A stretch of DNA of 38,464 bases from Bacteriovoracaceae bacterium (GTDB taxonomy: Bacteria; Bdellovibrionota; Bacteriovoracia; Bacteriovoracales; Bacteriovoracaceae). The stretch spans positions 1 to 38,464 of the forward strand of contig JBMYPC010000011.1 of assembly GCA_049599895.1 (NCBI GenBank), given 5' to 3'. Positions 36,250 to 38,464 of this stretch are shown here, one piece after another. Below the pieces are notes generated by a model that saw nothing but the letters and a program-made list of their open reading frames with translations, did not search any database and had not been told where the DNA came from. The translations under genes were made by a program, and so were the position numbers. Numbering within the stretch: position 1 is the stretch's first letter; every line of letters starts with the position of its first letter.

Positions 36250-38464
36250 AGTCTTTTCCTCTTAAATGAAAAATAGGATGTTGTAATTTATCTTTTGAAA
36301 CATAAATCTTTCCTATATAAGCACATTCAAATGACTCAACCAGCTCAGCATTAGCAAGGGAAGCAAACTCGAGAGTCGTATAAATCTGTCCTTGTGGAGT
36401 AATTGGCTCAATTCGGGCTGTTCGACAAATATGGGCTCCAACATATTGAGCTTTTGAGTTCATGAGTCCAGCTGACTTAAAAATGGGTCCCGCATGAACA
36501 GCTGTCCGAATCTGAACCGGTTGACTCAGACCACTTCGACTCCAAGGATGACCTTTAAGAGCTTCATTAAACTTTAAAGCAAAGATTCCAGTTTCCTCTA
36601 CACCTTTAAATACGAGATGTATGGCATCTCCCCAGGTATTAAAACTTAAAATATTAAATTTATATGACTTCATAATTTGATCAATCACATCTTGAATAAT
36701 TCTTTCATAAAGAACAAACTCTTGATCTTTTAACTTTGAGTAATTCACAGCATCCATAAAAAGGATTCCACGAGTTTCACTGCTTCCAGATTTATCATGA
36801 AGCTTTATATTCCCAATGAGATTAGGAGCACTCCTAAAAAAAGCTCTTCCTGTTTTTAAGTTCGTAAGATCAAAATAATCCACTTTGTGGCCATTTTTTT
36901 GCCAATGAGTCATAAAGTGTGAGGTTCCTCCTCGAGAAACCTTCCCTCCCTCAATCACAGAGGGGTTCCATACTGCAAGTGTTTGAAGAGTTGTATCCAA
37001 GTGGTCGGCCTTCATTTTAGCCAGTCCATACATAACCTTATTTGAAAAAGTAAAAGATTCATCTTTAAGATCAATACTCAAAGCCTTTAAGTTGATTAGC
37101 TTAACTTTGTCCTTAATGTTTTCAAATCTCTCAACCCATTCATCATTTTCTTCTGTTGACCAGCGCACACTTTCTTCAATAAATTGTTTTTCCTCGAATG
37201 GAATCAAGCAATAAACTTTGTTTCCCGCCTTTACCATTTTATCAATAAAGATAAGGTCAGCACCATTTGCAGCAGAACAATAACCAATACATGGCCCCAG
37301 TGAATCAATATATTTTTCAACCTTATCTTCAAGATGTTCAACAAGATCACTTGGAAAACGTGGAACCTCTCTATCCGGAGCATCTACTCGATGTCCTGAA
37401 AAAAGAATCACTTTAGGAACTGAAAGAATCCCCTCTATTTTATGTTTGTACTTGAGAGGAACATTAAGCTTCTCAATAATTAATTTCATATTTCGTCTTG
37501 TTGAATTGATATTGCCAAGATTGTCTGGATCGAGGTCAACACCTTTTTGAAACCAATAAAGAGCTTTTTGATAATTCTTTTCAAGAAGGTTTGCTTCCCC
37601 CATAGTAGCATAAGTCCAATATGTTGCCTGATCACTATTAATTTCATTCATACAAACTTTTTTGACTTCTCCTAAAATTTCTTGGCCCATCTCAGGTTTA
37701 TCATTAAGTTTGTAAAGAGTTGCAAGGTTAATTCCAGCCCATGTACTCTTGAACTTTTTATAGCTCATTCCATAAATGGCGATTGACTTATCAAAATGAC
37801 TTTCTGATTTTTCTAATAACCAAAGATCCTTATAAGTTCTTGCGAGGAGACCAATGGTTTCTTCATCAAGATTCTGGTCTTCTTTAAATAGCTTCTCAAG
37901 CATTCGGTTGGCTTCTTTGGTTAATCCTAATCGTGCAAATGTAAGCCCCATTAACTGTCTGACTCTAAGATTTTCGGGATAATAATGAGAGGCTTCTTTG
38001 AGAATATCAAAAGCAAGAAGTGGTTCTGCTGCAGAGAGAGCTTTCTCAGCAAAGGCAGTATAAATATCATTTTTTTTAAGCCACTTTGCTTGAGAACGGT
38101 TATGCCATAGGTAATAAACCTGCTCGACATCAACTGTTTTTCCTTTAATGAATTCAACAAGGTTTTTGGCAACTGATGGATCATCAGTTTGCATTTTATC
38201 AGGAGGAAGTTCAATATTATAACCAAGACTTAAGATCGTTCTGATGGTTTCCATAGCCGTTTTTCGATCATAATCTTTTTCCACCTCAGGGAGTTCTTCA
38301 TAGGGAACAAGACAGGGATGAGTTTTTTTATTATCATCTCTTTTTTTACCATAGACCCAACCTTGAGACATTCTTTGAGAGCTCCAAACTTCATGAGTGT
38401 TCTTGGCTAAAAACTCAGTGAGTTCAACAAGCCCTTCATCAAGTTTGATGTCATGGTTATTTAT
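36221..38464 (-). CDS. RyR-repeat + TRAFs-binding/TPR (DUF4071-like) + SLOG-like + class III nucleotide cyclase protein (5' end outside window)
   Basis: Frame open to the window edge; LAKNTHEVW..QGWVYG..RDD..KTHPCLVPYEELPE.EK.YDR (RyR); GLLARTYKDLW/GINLATL/YWTYATMGEA; ILFSGHRVD..SAANGADLIF; LFMDAVNYSKL..TWGDA..RTAVHAGP..TARIEP. Confidence 0.88.
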   Translation of the reverse strand: MNNHDIKLDEGLVELTEFLAKNTHEVWSSQRMSQGWVYGKKRDDNKKTHPCLVPYEELPEVEKDYDRKTAMETIRTILSLGYNIELPPDKMQTDDPSVAKNLVEFIKGKTVDVEQVYYLWHNRSQAKWLKKNDIYTAFAEKALSAAEPLLAFDILKEASHYYPENLRVRQLMGLTFARLGLTKEANRMLEKLFKEDQNLDEETIGLLARTYKDLWLLEKSESHFDKSIAIYGMSYKKFKSTWAGINLATLYKLNDKPEMGQEILGEVKKVCMNEINSDQATYWTYATMGEANLLEKNYQKALYWFQKGVDLDPDNLGNINSTRRNMKLIIEKLNVPLKYKHKIEGILSVPKVILFSGHRVDAPDREVPRFPSDLVEHLEDKVEKYIDSLGPCIGYCSAANGADLIFIDKMVKAGNKVYCLIPFEEKQFIEESVRWSTEENDEWVERFENIKDKVKLINLKALSIDLKDESFTFSNKVMYGLAKMKADHLDTTLQTLAVWNPSVIEGGKVSRGGTSHFMTHWQKNGHKVDYFDLTNLKTGRAFFRSAPNLIGNIKLHDKSGSSETRGILFMDAVNYSKLKDQEFVLYERIIQDVIDQIMKSYKFNILSFNTWGDAIHLVFKGVEETGIFALKFNEALKGHPWSRSGLSQPVQIRTAVHAGPIFKSAGLMNSKAQYVGAHICRTARIEPITPQGQIYTTLEFASLANAELVESFECAYIGKIYVSKDKLQHPIFHLRGKDFEGTGTRIY

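Noticed and set aside
29..38226. Numerous short ORFs in the track overlapping or antisense to the called genes
   Set aside because: Shadow frames of well-supported genes, with no RBS or recognisable motifs
38369..38371. ATG 38371 as start of the cyclase gene
   Set aside because: It falls mid-RyR domain and the frame is open to the window edge
34687..38464. Calling the pair canonical Pycsar, Thoeris or CBASS
   Set aside because: No cNMP-binding domain on the TIR protein, no SIR2 or Macro effector, no CD-NTase, and no other defence genes visible in the window
1..38464. CRISPR arrays, tRNA/rRNA genes, IS elements, prophage genes
   Set aside because: No regularly spaced repeats, cloverleaf signatures, or transposase, integrase or phage-like ORFs were recognised by eye

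Overview
AT-rich bacterial chromosomal segment. Gene content and protein style suggest a marine Bdellovibrionota (Bacteriovoracaceae/Halobacteriovorax-like) genome; this is inference, not a database result. Most of the window is housekeeping: a Na+-NQR operon (nqrA-F) whose maturation genes apbE-nqrM are separated from it by two opposite-strand hypothetical genes, a MATE transporter, a nitroreductase, an exonuclease-DinG fusion, bolA-grxD, a LysR regulator, yebC, a class IV aminotransferase, an orphan rpsD, a nadD-like gene, dtd and an orphan fliN. There are also two large surface proteins (a CFI-box-CTERM protein and a cadherin-like/LamG lipoprotein). The standout is at the right end: a translationally coupled gene pair. 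The first encodes a RyR-repeat + ASK1-like TRAFs-binding/TPR (DUF4071-like) + SLOG-like + atypical class III nucleotide cyclase protein; the second encodes a membrane-anchored TIR protein. Together they are a candidate nucleotide second-messenger signalling or defence module. Also seen: several probably leaderless genes, two unannotated small ORFs, a sigma28-like site before nqrA and a structured intergenic stretch. No rRNA, tRNA, CRISPR array or transposase was recognised.
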